Origin: a virus
Length of the DNA stretch: 64,000 nt
IMG/VR virus record: IMGVR_UViG_3300047476_001329
Strand: one strand, 5' to 3'
Below, in pieces: positions 18,396 through 28,173 of this stretch. The notes under the pieces were generated by a model. The model saw only the letters and a list, made by a program, of their open reading frames with translations, did not search any database and was not told the DNA's origin. A program made the translations under genes and the position numbers. Each line of letters opens with the position of its first letter. The first letter of the stretch is position 1.

Positions 18396-19976
18396 ATGAA
18401 AAGACCTAATATAATTGAGGAAATAAAAAGATTTCACGAAATAAGTGGTAATAAAAACATTATTTCAGAAGATTTTTTAGATGACCTTTTAAAAAAGGTT
18501 GGTCTAAAAAGTGATGAAAAGGATGTTAAAAAAATCGATGACCCTAAAAAGGCGGATTTAGTTTCTGATGATGTCAAACAATTTTACTCAACATTAGAAA
18601 ATGTAAAATCTGATTTGAACCAACAAAGTGCTGGTAATTATAAGTTCCAAAAAGATGTTGAGTCAGTTCAAATTGGATTGATGATATTAGGTTACGATTT
18701 ACCTAAACACGGTGTGGATGGTAAATATGGTCCCGAAACCGCTAGTGCAATATCAAAGTTTAAAAAAGACAATAATTTAGATAAAAAATCAGAACCAATT
18801 ACCGAATCAATCCTTGTTTCAATTTTAGAAGATTTTGAATTAATAAAGGAGAAATTGGAGATGATTCAGTTAGATGATACTTCATATCCAAACGTTAAAT
18901 TTGATAAGGACGGTACTCAATATGATGAAGTAAATAAAGCTCTCTTAGATGATTTACAGAAAGCCGCCGAATCTGTTGGTGTTATTGCGACAATAACCAC
19001 CGCTAAAACAGGTCACGGAGCATTAACAACAACAGGAAACCCGAGCAGACACATGACCCAAACGGCTGTGGACATCGCCATATTAGATGGCGAAGGTTCA
19101 GGTAAGGCATCAAATGAAACCAACGGAAATCCGACTTTTAGAGAAAAAGGTAATTTACTCAAAGACGCCTTAGTTCAATTAGGATATACTTGGAATAGTG
19201 AGAGTGGTAACGATAAAGCGGTTTTGTGGCAAACTAATACTGGTGGTAACCATTTCAATCACTTACACGTTTCTAATCAATCAGGAGCATCAACTGGTGA
19301 GTTAACTTCACTTGCATCAGGAACGGGTTCTGTTATGACTCCCGAAGATGTTAAGATTCTATTAGATAAATTAAAACAAAAGGGTGTTACTTCTGAAGAT
19401 TTAAAAAAATACATTGATGTAGTTAAAACAGGTGGTGGTGCTGAGTTTACAGATATTGATATCATGACAAACGAAGGTTTCCAAGCTTATAGTGAAATAT
19501 GTCAAAAATTTATAGATTCAAGACAACCAAACCCATTAGGAATTACTGGTGATATGATGGCCACAGGTGCGAAAACCGCCTATGAAAGATATCAAAGATA
19601 TGTACCACCTGAATTAGCTCTGAGTCAGTTGGCCTTGGAAGGTGGTATTGGTAATAAAGACTTGAACAGTAGACCGATTAGAACTAAAAATCCATTTAAC
19701 GTGGGTAACACTGATGACGGTTCAAATGTCCAACAAAATGATGTTCAAGATGGTATAAATGCATACTATAATTTAATCGCACGTGATTACATTGGTAAGG
19801 GTAAAACAGCAAAAGACTTATTAGTTAATTTTGTTAATAAAAGTGGAAACAGATATGCAACCGCTAAAGGTTATGAATCTAGTTTGAACACCTTGGCATC
19901 ACAAGCAAATAGAATTGCAAAACCTATTACAGATAGATTAGCAACTACCAAACCTCAGGGTTCTGACGTAGCATAA
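18396..19976 (+). CDS. peptidoglycan-binding domain protein (putative virion-associated lysin / structural protein)
   Basis: 'LPKHGVDGKYGPETASAISKFKKDNNL' matches the PG_binding_1 repeat. 526 aa with a Gly/Ser/Thr-rich middle. Confidence 0.55.
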   Translation: MKRPNIIEEIKRFHEISGNKNIISEDFLDDLLKKVGLKSDEKDVKKIDDPKKADLVSDDVKQFYSTLENVKSDLNQQSAGNYKFQKDVESVQIGLMILGYDLPKHGVDGKYGPETASAISKFKKDNNLDKKSEPITESILVSILEDFELIKEKLEMIQLDDTSYPNVKFDKDGTQYDEVNKALLDDLQKAAESVGVIATITTAKTGHGALTTTGNPSRHMTQTAVDIAILDGEGSGKASNETNGNPTFREKGNLLKDALVQLGYTWNSESGNDKAVLWQTNTGGNHFNHLHVSNQSGASTGELTSLASGTGSVMTPEDVKILLDKLKQKGVTSEDLKKYIDVVKTGGGAEFTDIDIMTNEGFQAYSEICQKFIDSRQPNPLGITGDMMATGAKTAYERYQRYVPPELALSQLALEGGIGNKDLNSRPIRTKNPFNVGNTDDGSNVQQNDVQDGINAYYNLIARDYIGKGKTAKDLLVNFVNKSGNRYATAKGYESSLNTLASQANRIAKPITDRLATTKPQGSDVA

Positions 19977-20029
19977 TTTTACTTTTACTTTTTACTTTTT
20001 TTTACATATCTTTCTATAAAATAACTTTT

Positions 20030-20254
20030 ATGGCAAAAGATACCTGTGTAATGTGTGGTGTTGAAACACCATATGATTTTGAAACAAATATTAATGTGAG
20101 ATTTGGTTACATTGAGGGTGTTGGTCAATTGTGTCAAAAATGTCACGACATTGATAGAACTGAATTTGTGACCATCCCAATGGAATTAATTAAGAATACA
20201 CCCAACAATATGGAGTTAGGTGAAAAAGTTAGAAGATTGTCTGGTAAGTATTAA
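20030..20254 (+). CDS. zinc-ribbon protein
   Basis: 'CVMCG...CQKCH' two Cys pairs. Confidence 0.3.
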   Translation: MAKDTCVMCGVETPYDFETNINVRFGYIEGVGQLCQKCHDIDRTEFVTIPMELIKNTPNNMELGEKVRRLSGKY

Positions 20255-20265
20255 CAATTCTATTT

Positions 20266-21489
20266 TTGTTGGTATTTATAGGTAAAGAAATTATTCTTAT
20301 GGATAAATTAACCGAAAAATATTTAAGACGTATAATCTCTGAATCCTACATTTCTGACGTGGAAGAGATGGCGTACAAACAAAAAGGTGTTAGAGATGAC
20401 AGAGGTAAAATGGTCAAATACAAACCATTTTTTAAAGAAGATAATGATACAGATATTCCCGATTATTGGATTGCAAATCCAACCTTACAACCGGGAGCGG
20501 AAATATTGGTTGTCCCATTGGACTGTCAAGAATTAGAGGATTTTAAAAATGCAAACCAAGATTGGTTGAATAGTATTCAAGCACTTCATAATTTAGAACC
20601 ACAACTTGCGGCGTGTAAACGTGGAAAATATCATAGACCCGTTGAGAAATACGTTGAGGGTGGTTACAAACCAACTGGTGAAAAAATGGGTGAATCTGAA
20701 AAGATTAAGAGAAGATTCTTTGATGTTATTGCACGTAATTTGGAAGATGAATCATTCGCTCAGGAGTTAAATAAAAGAAGTATTCCCGCAGTCATTGCTA
20801 GAGATAGGTCAAACGTAAACCAATACGGTAGATTCACAAATCAAAAAATAGAATACTCTACACATAACAACAACGCATATGCATCAGCTAAAGATTTCTT
20901 AACTGCGGCAATTGCTCGTGTTCAGGGTAAAGAAACACCTGAGATGAAAACATTCTATATGGCTCGTCAATATAATACAAGATATAATAATTGGAGAGCA
21001 GATAAGAAAATGTTAAAACAATATGTTGGGAAAACTGAAAAGTATATGTTAGATGCTTATGGTTTGGAACAGGATAACTTGGATGTAACAATAAGAATGG
21101 ATTTCGAAATCACGGGTGAACCAATTGGAGACAATAGTTACACATGGAATGTAAGAATGGTTTCTAAATTAGGTAAGAAACTTGAAGATGAGAGTGGATT
21201 AAAAGGTGGGTTTTTAGACGATAAACTAATACAAGCATCTTCAACAGCTCAACTTAGACCAGGTACCGAATTTAATGAGAACTATACAGTTATGGATAAT
21301 AAGGAGGTTGTTGATGCTTTAGTTCAAGCAATCGATGATTTAAAATCACAAGTCGTAGCTTTGAATCCTAAAGACACATTAAAGGCCGCAACGGTAAAGA
21401 GATACCAAATCGGTAACCGAGGTGATGAACTAAATGAATCCGTTAAAAAGAAATTGATTCATAGAGTGGTCCAAAAAGTAATCAAATAA
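20266..21489 (+). CDS. hypothetical protein (possibly structural)
   Basis: 407-aa ORF. Alternative start at M12 (20299). Followed by a strong terminator. Confidence 0.4.
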   Translation: MLVFIGKEIILMDKLTEKYLRRIISESYISDVEEMAYKQKGVRDDRGKMVKYKPFFKEDNDTDIPDYWIANPTLQPGAEILVVPLDCQELEDFKNANQDWLNSIQALHNLEPQLAACKRGKYHRPVEKYVEGGYKPTGEKMGESEKIKRRFFDVIARNLEDESFAQELNKRSIPAVIARDRSNVNQYGRFTNQKIEYSTHNNNAYASAKDFLTAAIARVQGKETPEMKTFYMARQYNTRYNNWRADKKMLKQYVGKTEKYMLDAYGLEQDNLDVTIRMDFEITGEPIGDNSYTWNVRMVSKLGKKLEDESGLKGGFLDDKLIQASSTAQLRPGTEFNENYTVMDNKEVVDALVQAIDDLKSQVVALNPKDTLKAATVKRYQIGNRGDELNESVKKKLIHRVVQKVIK

Positions 21490-21503
21490 TAGAAATTAAA
21501 AGG

Positions 21504-21530
21504 AATCCCGAGAAATCGGGATTTTTTTTT
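21504..21530 (+). terminator. Rho-independent terminator
   Basis: 'aatcccga gaaa tcgggatt' 8-bp stem followed by a T9 run. Confidence 0.7.
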
Positions 21531-21540
21531 GTATTTTTTT

Positions 21541-21568
21541 GTATATCACAAAATATTTCATATCTTTG
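21541..21568 (+). promoter_or_regulatory. phage promoter-like motif
   Basis: 'gtatatcacaaaatatttcatatctttg' ends 7 nt before the ATG at 21576. Confidence 0.45.
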
Positions 21569-21575
21569 TTCTCGT

Positions 21576-22076
21576 ATGGGAACGAATTATTACAGAATAC
21601 CGTTAGCGAGTGAAATGGAATCTCGTAAACAAAAATTGATAGAGGTGGTTACTAAACTTGAGTTAACCCCATCAAATATTGAAAGAAACTTTTCTTTCCC
21701 AAAGAATGATTCATGGGAATCGAGTTCCATATGGGATGATTTTCTCGATGGAACCAATATTCATTTAGGTAAACGAAGTGGTGGTTGGAAATTTTGTTGG
21801 AATTTTCACAAGAATAAACATTATTCAAACAAAGAGGAACTACTCTCATTCATTCGTTCAGGTAGAGTTGTTGATGAATATGGTCAAGAGTGGGATGTCG
21901 AAGAATTCATTATTATGGCTTTCGAATGGGGTCAACCAGATGGTTTAGTCGTGAATGAAGAATACCGTAGAGCAGAGAGAGCGAAGGGTCACGGTATGTT
22001 TTGGTTGGATAATGAGAAGTACGATGATTTAATAATTGATGGACTTAGAGTAAGTTCAGCAACAGAATTTAGTTGA
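21576..22076 (+). CDS. hypothetical protein
   Basis: 166-aa ORF. Confidence 0.35.
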   Translation: MGTNYYRIPLASEMESRKQKLIEVVTKLELTPSNIERNFSFPKNDSWESSSIWDDFLDGTNIHLGKRSGGWKFCWNFHKNKHYSNKEELLSFIRSGRVVDEYGQEWDVEEFIIMAFEWGQPDGLVVNEEYRRAERAKGHGMFWLDNEKYDDLIIDGLRVSSATEFS

Positions 22077-22077
22077 T

Positions 22078-22731
22078 ATGATAAAGTTAGATAAAGAAAA
22101 GAAAGTTTGGATTACATCCGATACGCATTACAGTCACAAAAACATATGTCGAGGTGTGACTAATTGGAGAATGCCTGATGGTTCGGTTCCCGTTGAACAA
22201 ACGAGGGATTTCCCAACTATTGAAACCATGAACGCATCAATCGTCAATAACATTAATGGACTTGTTGGTCAAGATGATATATTAATTCATTTAGGTGATT
22301 GGTCATTTGGTGGGTTTGAAAATATTGAGGAATTTAGGAATCGAATTGTTTGTGAGAACATTCATTTGGTTTTAGGAAACCACGACCACCATATTGATAG
22401 GAATCGACAAGGATGTCAAAGTTTGTTTCAGTCAGTTCAATGGTTCCAACAATTTGAATATATGGGTGAGACGATTGAGTGTTGTCATTATCCAATATCA
22501 AGTTGGAATAGTCTACGTAAAGGTCGTATTCACTTACATGGACATTGTCACTTACCTAACCACGCCAAGATTAGTAACGGTCGTCGTATGGATATTGGTA
22601 TGGATGGTAACCCCGATTTTGCACCTTACGATTTACTTGAGGTAATTAACATGTTAAAGAAACGAGAAATCGGTTCTGAGTTAGGTCCCCTTGACCACCA
22701 CATGGATGATATGCAAAATGTTGTTGGGTAA
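22078..22731 (+). CDS. calcineurin-like metallophosphoesterase
   Basis: 'LIHLGDWSFGG', 'LVLGNHDHH', 'HLHGHCH' are metallophosphatase motifs. Confidence 0.6.
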   Translation: MIKLDKEKKVWITSDTHYSHKNICRGVTNWRMPDGSVPVEQTRDFPTIETMNASIVNNINGLVGQDDILIHLGDWSFGGFENIEEFRNRIVCENIHLVLGNHDHHIDRNRQGCQSLFQSVQWFQQFEYMGETIECCHYPISSWNSLRKGRIHLHGHCHLPNHAKISNGRRMDIGMDGNPDFAPYDLLEVINMLKKREIGSELGPLDHHMDDMQNVVG

Positions 22732-22776
22732 TTTTGTAAATTAAAAATAATTGTTTATACTTTAATAACACTTAAC

Positions 22777-23115
22777 ATGTTTAATAAAATTTTTACCACC
22801 ATGATTAAATCGAGACTCATGATGAGTTTTTTAATCGGATTCTTTGTTGTCATCATGTTTCATTTTTTAATCTTTCCCGGATTAACAATTGCAAATACGA
22901 TTATCAATATCCTATCCGCTTTGTGGGGTGTCATGACTTTAATGTTCTTATTCTACTACGTCAGATACGCGTATTTTAATAACGAACCTTTTGAGTTGTT
23001 TACTCCTGACCCTAACAAACAACCTGAAACGGAATTAGACTACATTCCACCAAAAGGTAAAACAAAAAAAAGAACCCCTAAAGAATCAAATAAAACAAAA
23101 AAACAAAACAAATAA
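22777..23115 (+). CDS. membrane protein
   Basis: Two predicted TM helices, Lys-rich tail. Confidence 0.3.
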   Translation: MFNKIFTTMIKSRLMMSFLIGFFVVIMFHFLIFPGLTIANTIINILSALWGVMTLMFLFYYVRYAYFNNEPFELFTPDPNKQPETELDYIPPKGKTKKRTPKESNKTKKQNK

Positions 23116-23118
23116 ATT

Positions 23119-23970
23119 ATGGACCCAATTATTAGAAGAATCGTTTTTGGAATTTCAACATTCCTATTATTAACTGTACTATTTTTCTCATGTGAGAGAA
23201 TCGATGCTGGACATGTCGGTGTAAAGGTAAATCTTTACGGTGATGGTAAAGGTGTGGATGATGTTACTGAATGTACTGGTATGGTATTTTACAACCCATT
23301 CACCACCAAAATCTACGAGTTCCCGACGTTTATTCAACATAAAGAATACAAGAAGACGGAAGAGGTGGATAATTCCTTTGTGGTTAACTCAAAGGATGGT
23401 TCAGAATTTCAGGTATCACCTATCATGAACTATTCTGTACAAAGGGAAAAGGTACCAACAATTTTCTCAAAGTATCGTAGGTCACTCCCCGAAATTGAGG
23501 AAGGTTTCTTAAAAACCGCGGTATATGATGCGTTTCGTTTAGCGACCAATAAATACACCGCAGATGAACTCATCTCAAACAGAGCGGTCTTCGAAGTTGA
23601 AGTACGTAAAATGTTGGAGGGTCAGTTGTTAAAAGAGGGATTTATTATAAATCAATTCACCTCCAATTTAATTTATCCTGAAACCTTTAAAAAATCTATT
23701 GAGGCTAAGAACAACGCGGTACAAGCTGCTTTAAGAGCGGAGAATGAAGTAAAAACCGCGGAAGCCCAAGCTAAGATTAAAATCGCAACCGCTAATGGTA
23801 ACGCCCAAGCCATGTTAACATCGGCCAAAGCGGAAGCTGAAGCCAATAGGATGAAACAACAAACATTAACTCCATTATTGTTACAACTTGAATGGATTAA
23901 TAAGTGGAATGGTCGACTACCTGAAACGATGTTAGGAGACAAGAATAATACAATGATAGGTATTAAATAA
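23119..23970 (+). CDS. SPFH/band-7 (prohibitin/stomatin-like) domain protein
   Basis: N-terminal TM, then 'GHVGVKVNLYG' and an Ala/Glu/Lys-rich coiled coil typical of SPFH proteins. Confidence 0.55.
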   Translation: MDPIIRRIVFGISTFLLLTVLFFSCERIDAGHVGVKVNLYGDGKGVDDVTECTGMVFYNPFTTKIYEFPTFIQHKEYKKTEEVDNSFVVNSKDGSEFQVSPIMNYSVQREKVPTIFSKYRRSLPEIEEGFLKTAVYDAFRLATNKYTADELISNRAVFEVEVRKMLEGQLLKEGFIINQFTSNLIYPETFKKSIEAKNNAVQAALRAENEVKTAEAQAKIKIATANGNAQAMLTSAKAEAEANRMKQQTLTPLLLQLEWINKWNGRLPETMLGDKNNTMIGIK

Positions 23971-23974
23971 AAGG

Positions 23975-23998
23975 AACCCCTCTTTCGAGGGGTTTTTT
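23975..23998 (+). terminator. Rho-independent terminator
   Basis: 'aacccctc tttc gaggggtt' followed by a T-run. Confidence 0.7.
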
Positions 23999-24031
23999 GT
24001 TTAGATAAGATATTTATAGATAAAAGAAAAA

Positions 24032-24256
24032 ATGAAAAAAGTAGTAAAATTATCAATCAAAGATTTAGAAAATATCGTAAAAAGAACAATAAGTGAATCT
24101 GAATTAGAAAATTTGGATAACGATATGCAAGGTGATGTAACACCAAGCGATGAAGATAATGTTGAGGTTGATAGAAAAATTGCAATCGGTAAAGGTGAAG
24201 ACGGTAAAATTTATGTAACCGACATTGAAACCGGTGAAATACTTGGTACCAAATAA
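24032..24256 (+). CDS. hypothetical protein
   Basis: 74-aa acidic ORF. Confidence 0.25.
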   Translation: MKKVVKLSIKDLENIVKRTISESELENLDNDMQGDVTPSDEDNVEVDRKIAIGKGEDGKIYVTDIETGEILGTK

Positions 24257-24766
24257 TTATTGTTTGATATCGTCAGATACTTTCTTTTTTAATTTCTTAA
24301 TCATCCCAATCAATTTCTCATCACGTTTATTTTCAATAATTGTTGTTGTATTTGATTGAGGAACCATCGCCATAACTCTTTCTAAAGTATCTTCTGAAGA
24401 TATTTGAACTGTTCTACGAGACATTGAATTTAATATTCGTGTCTCGTTTTTCATTTTATTGGTGTGAGTTTCGATATCAGTTAGCATCTCCAATATTTCA
24501 GTTTCCCTTCTGACCATTTCATCAGTACATTCTCTTTGATTTGATATTACTTGAGAATTGAGTTCATTAACTCTTTTGTTTAACTCTAATATCTGATTAT
24601 TCTGAGATTCAATCCTTAGTTTTAGTTCCTCATCGTTATATGTTAATGACTCAGTGATTTTGGGTCCAACCGATATAATTATAATTGATATTAACAAAAT
24701 AGACAGAGCAACAATTCTTTGTCTCTGTGTGAATTTTGATAATATTTCAGATATATACTTAAACAT
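24257..24766 (-). CDS. membrane-anchored coiled-coil protein
   Basis: N-terminal TM 'IVALSILLISIIIISVG' then heptad-rich sequence. One of few minus-strand genes. Confidence 0.3.
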   Translation of the reverse strand: MFKYISEILSKFTQRQRIVALSILLISIIIISVGPKITESLTYNDEELKLRIESQNNQILELNKRVNELNSQVISNQRECTDEMVRRETEILEMLTDIETHTNKMKNETRILNSMSRRTVQISSEDTLERVMAMVPQSNTTTIIENKRDEKLIGMIKKLKKKVSDDIKQ

Positions 24767-24792
24767 ATAATAATAAATATTTCAAAATTAAT

Positions 24793-25131
24793 ATGGGAAA
24801 CAAAAAAGGATTAAAAACCCGAAACATTATCGTCTTCCATCCCGATACCGATGAAGAATTTGAGTTGTTCGTAACGTATGAACACATAAATATAGATGAT
24901 TCATATGATGAGGATAATCTATTCGTAGATGATGATGAGATTGATATTAAATCATATGAACCGAACAACGAAGTGGATGAATTACCGAATTGGTTAACTG
25001 AAGATATCGTTTACGAAGCACTATATGGTGAGTTAGAATTAGACGAATTAGATGAAGAAGAAATCATAGAAGAGGAGGAGGATTATTACGAAGATGACTC
25101 TGAAGATGATACTGAAGACGACGATTATTAA
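24793..25131 (+). CDS. highly acidic hypothetical protein
   Basis: Asp/Glu-rich C-terminus. Confidence 0.25.
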   Translation: MGNKKGLKTRNIIVFHPDTDEEFELFVTYEHINIDDSYDEDNLFVDDDEIDIKSYEPNNEVDELPNWLTEDIVYEALYGELELDELDEEEIIEEEEDYYEDDSEDDTEDDDY

Positions 25132-25197
25132 AAATATCTTTTCGTAAATTTTTTATTTTTAAATTTTATTCGTATACTTGTCATATAAAGATTTCAT

Positions 25198-25674
25198 ATG
25201 ACGGAGTATCGTATATTTTGTGATTTAGACGGAGTACTTGTTGATTTCAATCAAGGTTATAAAGACCTTACTGGTATTGAATTGAACAAAGACGAACACC
25301 GTAGTGATGCACAATTTTGGTCACCCATTGAAAAAGCTGGTTACGATTTTTGGATAAATCTAAAATGGTTAAACGATGGTCATAATTTATGGGACCACAT
25401 ATCAAAATATAACCCAACAATTTTATCGGCCCCCTCAAGACAAAATGACTCTCGAGTTGGGAAAGTCGATTGGGTAAATCGTGAACTACCGGGAGTACCA
25501 TTAATTTTAAGAAGCGCGAAACACAAAAAAGATTTCGCGTCACCGAATGCTATTCTAATTGATGATAGAAAAGATAATATCGACGGTTGGATTGCAAATG
25601 GTGGTGAAGGGATTTTACATACTTCGGCGGCGGATACAATCAAAACATTAAAAGAAAAATATAATTTACACTAA
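25198..25674 (+). CDS. 5'(3')-deoxyribonucleotidase-like HAD hydrolase
   Basis: 'YRIFCDLDGVLVDFNQGY' is the HAD motif I typical of the deoxyribonucleotidase family. Confidence 0.55.
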   Translation: MTEYRIFCDLDGVLVDFNQGYKDLTGIELNKDEHRSDAQFWSPIEKAGYDFWINLKWLNDGHNLWDHISKYNPTILSAPSRQNDSRVGKVDWVNRELPGVPLILRSAKHKKDFASPNAILIDDRKDNIDGWIANGGEGILHTSAADTIKTLKEKYNLH

Positions 25675-25862
25675 TGGCGGATAACAGTTCATCATCAGGA
25701 GGAGTAGGATTCTTCGGTCTGATGTTTTTAATTCTAATGACTTTAAAGTTAACTAACTACATCGATTGGTCGTGGTGGTGGGTAACCGCGCCATTATGGG
25801 GAGGTTTTGCTCTTATCTTTTTAATTTTCTTGATTATTGCAATTGTTAAAACGTTTGATTAA
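25674..25862 (+). CDS. small membrane protein
   Basis: Two TM helices. Start overlaps the upstream stop. Confidence 0.3.
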   Translation: MADNSSSSGGVGFFGLMFLILMTLKLTNYIDWSWWWVTAPLWGGFALIFLIFLIIAIVKTFD

Positions 25863-26527
25863 TGAAATACGTAAGTATCGATATTGAAACGTCAGGTTTG
25901 AATCCTGATATGAATAATATCTTATCTATTGGTGCTATTATCGAAGATACGGAAAAGAAATTACCGTATGAGGAACTACCAAAGTTCAATGCAATAATTC
26001 TTCAACACAATATTCAGGGTTCACCAAGAGCGATAACAATGAATAAACAAATCATTGGGATGATGGGGGATTATTTAGAAGGTGACGATGAAACTAGAGC
26101 AAACATGAACAACCATACTGATTATATTTTCTGTACCGAAGATGAGGTTGTACAGAAGTTCTATGACTTCTTGTGGGCTAATGGTTATATGATGCACGTT
26201 GATATGTTAAAGACAGTAAGGATTGTTGATGGTGTTCCATTTCCTGTATTCGGCAGTAACACTCCACCAATCACATTGAATGTTGCGGGTAAAAACTTTG
26301 GGACATTTGATAAGTTATTCCTCGAGGAACTTCCATGGTGGAAAAAATTAATTAGAACTCGACAAAGAATTATAGACCCGTCAATATTGTTTGTAGATTG
26401 GTTTGAGGATAATGCTTTACCATCGTTAACCAAATGTAAAGAACGTGCAAACATTGAAGGAATTGTCACACACAACGCACTTGAAGATGCGTGGGACGTG
26501 ATTGAATTACTTCGTAAATTTTATTAA
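25862..26527 (+). CDS. DnaQ-like 3'-5' exonuclease
   Basis: 'KYVSIDIETSGLNPDMNNILSIGAI' (Exo I motif). C-terminal 'THNALEDAWDV' (Exo III H-x4-D). Confidence 0.65.
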   Translation: MKYVSIDIETSGLNPDMNNILSIGAIIEDTEKKLPYEELPKFNAIILQHNIQGSPRAITMNKQIIGMMGDYLEGDDETRANMNNHTDYIFCTEDEVVQKFYDFLWANGYMMHVDMLKTVRIVDGVPFPVFGSNTPPITLNVAGKNFGTFDKLFLEELPWWKKLIRTRQRIIDPSILFVDWFEDNALPSLTKCKERANIEGIVTHNALEDAWDVIELLRKFY

Positions 26528-26554
26528 TCAATAACAAACCAAAAAATAAGTAAC

Positions 26555-27592
26555 ATGTCAAGAATTAAAGAACTCAAACAACACCCAGACAACAACATAA
26601 GTATGGTTGATGTCTTTAAAGTTTTATGCCCTGAGGGTAAAACAAAGTACATTGAATTTCTATTAAGACTTTCTAAAAACACAAAACACCTTGAAAGATA
26701 TGTGGAAGAAATTCGTGAAAATTTTGAAAGGGAGCTCGGGATTACAAGAGATAAACTTGGGGATATGACCCCATTCCAACTATACATTTCGTATAGATTT
26801 TTGGAAATGAACTTCAACTTTTCAGATTTAAAAACTTTCCAAAAATTCTGTGATTACAATGAAAGAGGATTAATCAAAGAGAATGATTTATCCAAGTTCA
26901 GCGGATTTGAGGATGTGATGACCGCAACGAGTTTGGCGGAAATTAAAGCGTATGAGAAAGATTTAGAGAAACAAATCCAAACCATTTATTCATCTGATGA
27001 ATGGGTTGTTTTGAGACCTCTAACTTTTCACGCATCAAAAAAATATGGTTCATCCACCAAGTGGTGTACCGCGTCAGAAAATAATCCTGATTACTTTTTA
27101 AGATACTCTAAAAGAGGTATCTTGATTTATATGATTAACAAAATAACAGGATTGAAAGTGGCTTGTTTCAAGTCTCTTGATTCAGAACCTGAATTTTCAT
27201 TTTGGAATCAAATTGATTCTCGTATTGATTCTCTTGAGAGCGAACTTCCAGATTTCATTTTAGATATGGTTCGAAATGAAGTTAAAAACAATTCTTATAC
27301 TAATCATTCATTACTTAGTGATGAGGATAAAAATAAAGAAGAATCTTTGATGAAAAGTTACAATAAAATTCATGCCGTACAAGATGAGGCACAACCAATG
27401 GCCGAACTTCGAAGACAAGTGATTATGGAAGATACCGATGATGAAAGGGAAGAACTTATGGTGGAAGAATTCATCACGGAATCATCTGAACCACAGGATG
27501 AAAGAGAGTATGATAGAAGAGATTATGAAATGAGAGGTCCGTCAGTAACGGGATATGATGAACCAACTCAAGCTGTGGAAACAAATTGGTAA
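26555..27592 (+). CDS. hypothetical protein, member of dispersed paralog pair ('MSRxxELK...SxDEWxVLxPL...TKWC' family)
   Basis: 345 aa. 'IYSSDEWVVLRPLTFHASKKYGSSTKWCTASE' aligns with 38846..39682. Acidic C-terminal tail. Confidence 0.4.
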   Translation: MSRIKELKQHPDNNISMVDVFKVLCPEGKTKYIEFLLRLSKNTKHLERYVEEIRENFERELGITRDKLGDMTPFQLYISYRFLEMNFNFSDLKTFQKFCDYNERGLIKENDLSKFSGFEDVMTATSLAEIKAYEKDLEKQIQTIYSSDEWVVLRPLTFHASKKYGSSTKWCTASENNPDYFLRYSKRGILIYMINKITGLKVACFKSLDSEPEFSFWNQIDSRIDSLESELPDFILDMVRNEVKNNSYTNHSLLSDEDKNKEESLMKSYNKIHAVQDEAQPMAELRRQVIMEDTDDEREELMVEEFITESSEPQDEREYDRRDYEMRGPSVTGYDEPTQAVETNW

Positions 27593-27616
27593 TCGATTAA
27601 TAATCAATCAACAAAT

Positions 27617-27644
27617 GAGAGGGATTTCGGTCCCTCTTTTTTTT
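27617..27644 (+). terminator. Rho-independent terminator
   Basis: 'gagaggga tttcgg tccctc' followed by a T8 run. Confidence 0.7.
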
Positions 27645-27653
27645 ATTAAAAAA

Positions 27654-27685
27654 TTTGTATATTCCAAATATTGCACATATATTTG
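27654..27685 (+). promoter_or_regulatory. phage promoter-like motif
   Basis: 'tttgtatattccaaatattgcacatatatttg' ends 18 nt before the ATG at 27704. Confidence 0.45.
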
Positions 27686-27703
27686 TATACAAATCATAAA
27701 AAA

Positions 27704-28171
27704 ATGAGAGATATCTTAACAATACTATGTGTGATATTATTGAATAACACATTTGCTCAGGGACTAAGAATACCTGAAAGAATCTTTAATTACACATTGT
27801 CTTATGGACCCCGAGGTAATTCAATGTTCTATTCTGTTGGATATGAATTTGCGAAAGACAGAAGTAATGCAAACATTGGTGTTGGTTATGGTAAGATAAT
27901 GGCTGAATTGAATTTATTCAACCCTAACATATTAACAATGAATGCGAGACCCGAGGAAATTTATGTTGGTTTAAATTATGTTTATACCAATAAAGATTAC
28001 AGATGGTTAGTTTTGAATGGTGGTATTGGGTATTCCATGAACAATGATAATAAGTTTATGTTGAAGACCTCGGCGAATCTACGAGTATCCAACCCTTTTT
28101 TTATTACACTCTCTTTTTATCAAACAGAAAAACCATTCTTCACGGTTGGTGGTAAACTATTCCTTTTTTAA
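27704..28171 (+). CDS. secreted / outer-membrane-like protein with signal peptide
   Basis: Start moved to the ATG at 27704 because the track start is TTG. 'MRDILTILCVILLNNTFAQG' is a signal peptide. Alternating-hydrophobic beta-rich sequence. Confidence 0.35.
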   Translation: MRDILTILCVILLNNTFAQGLRIPERIFNYTLSYGPRGNSMFYSVGYEFAKDRSNANIGVGYGKIMAELNLFNPNILTMNARPEEIYVGLNYVYTNKDYRWLVLNGGIGYSMNNDNKFMLKTSANLRVSNPFFITLSFYQTEKPFFTVGGKLFLF

Positions 28172-28173
28172 TT

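Noticed and set aside
27671-27703. Track ORF start at 27671 (TTG translated as M)
   Set aside because: The start codon is TTG lying inside the promoter motif. A proper ATG with signal peptide follows at 27704.
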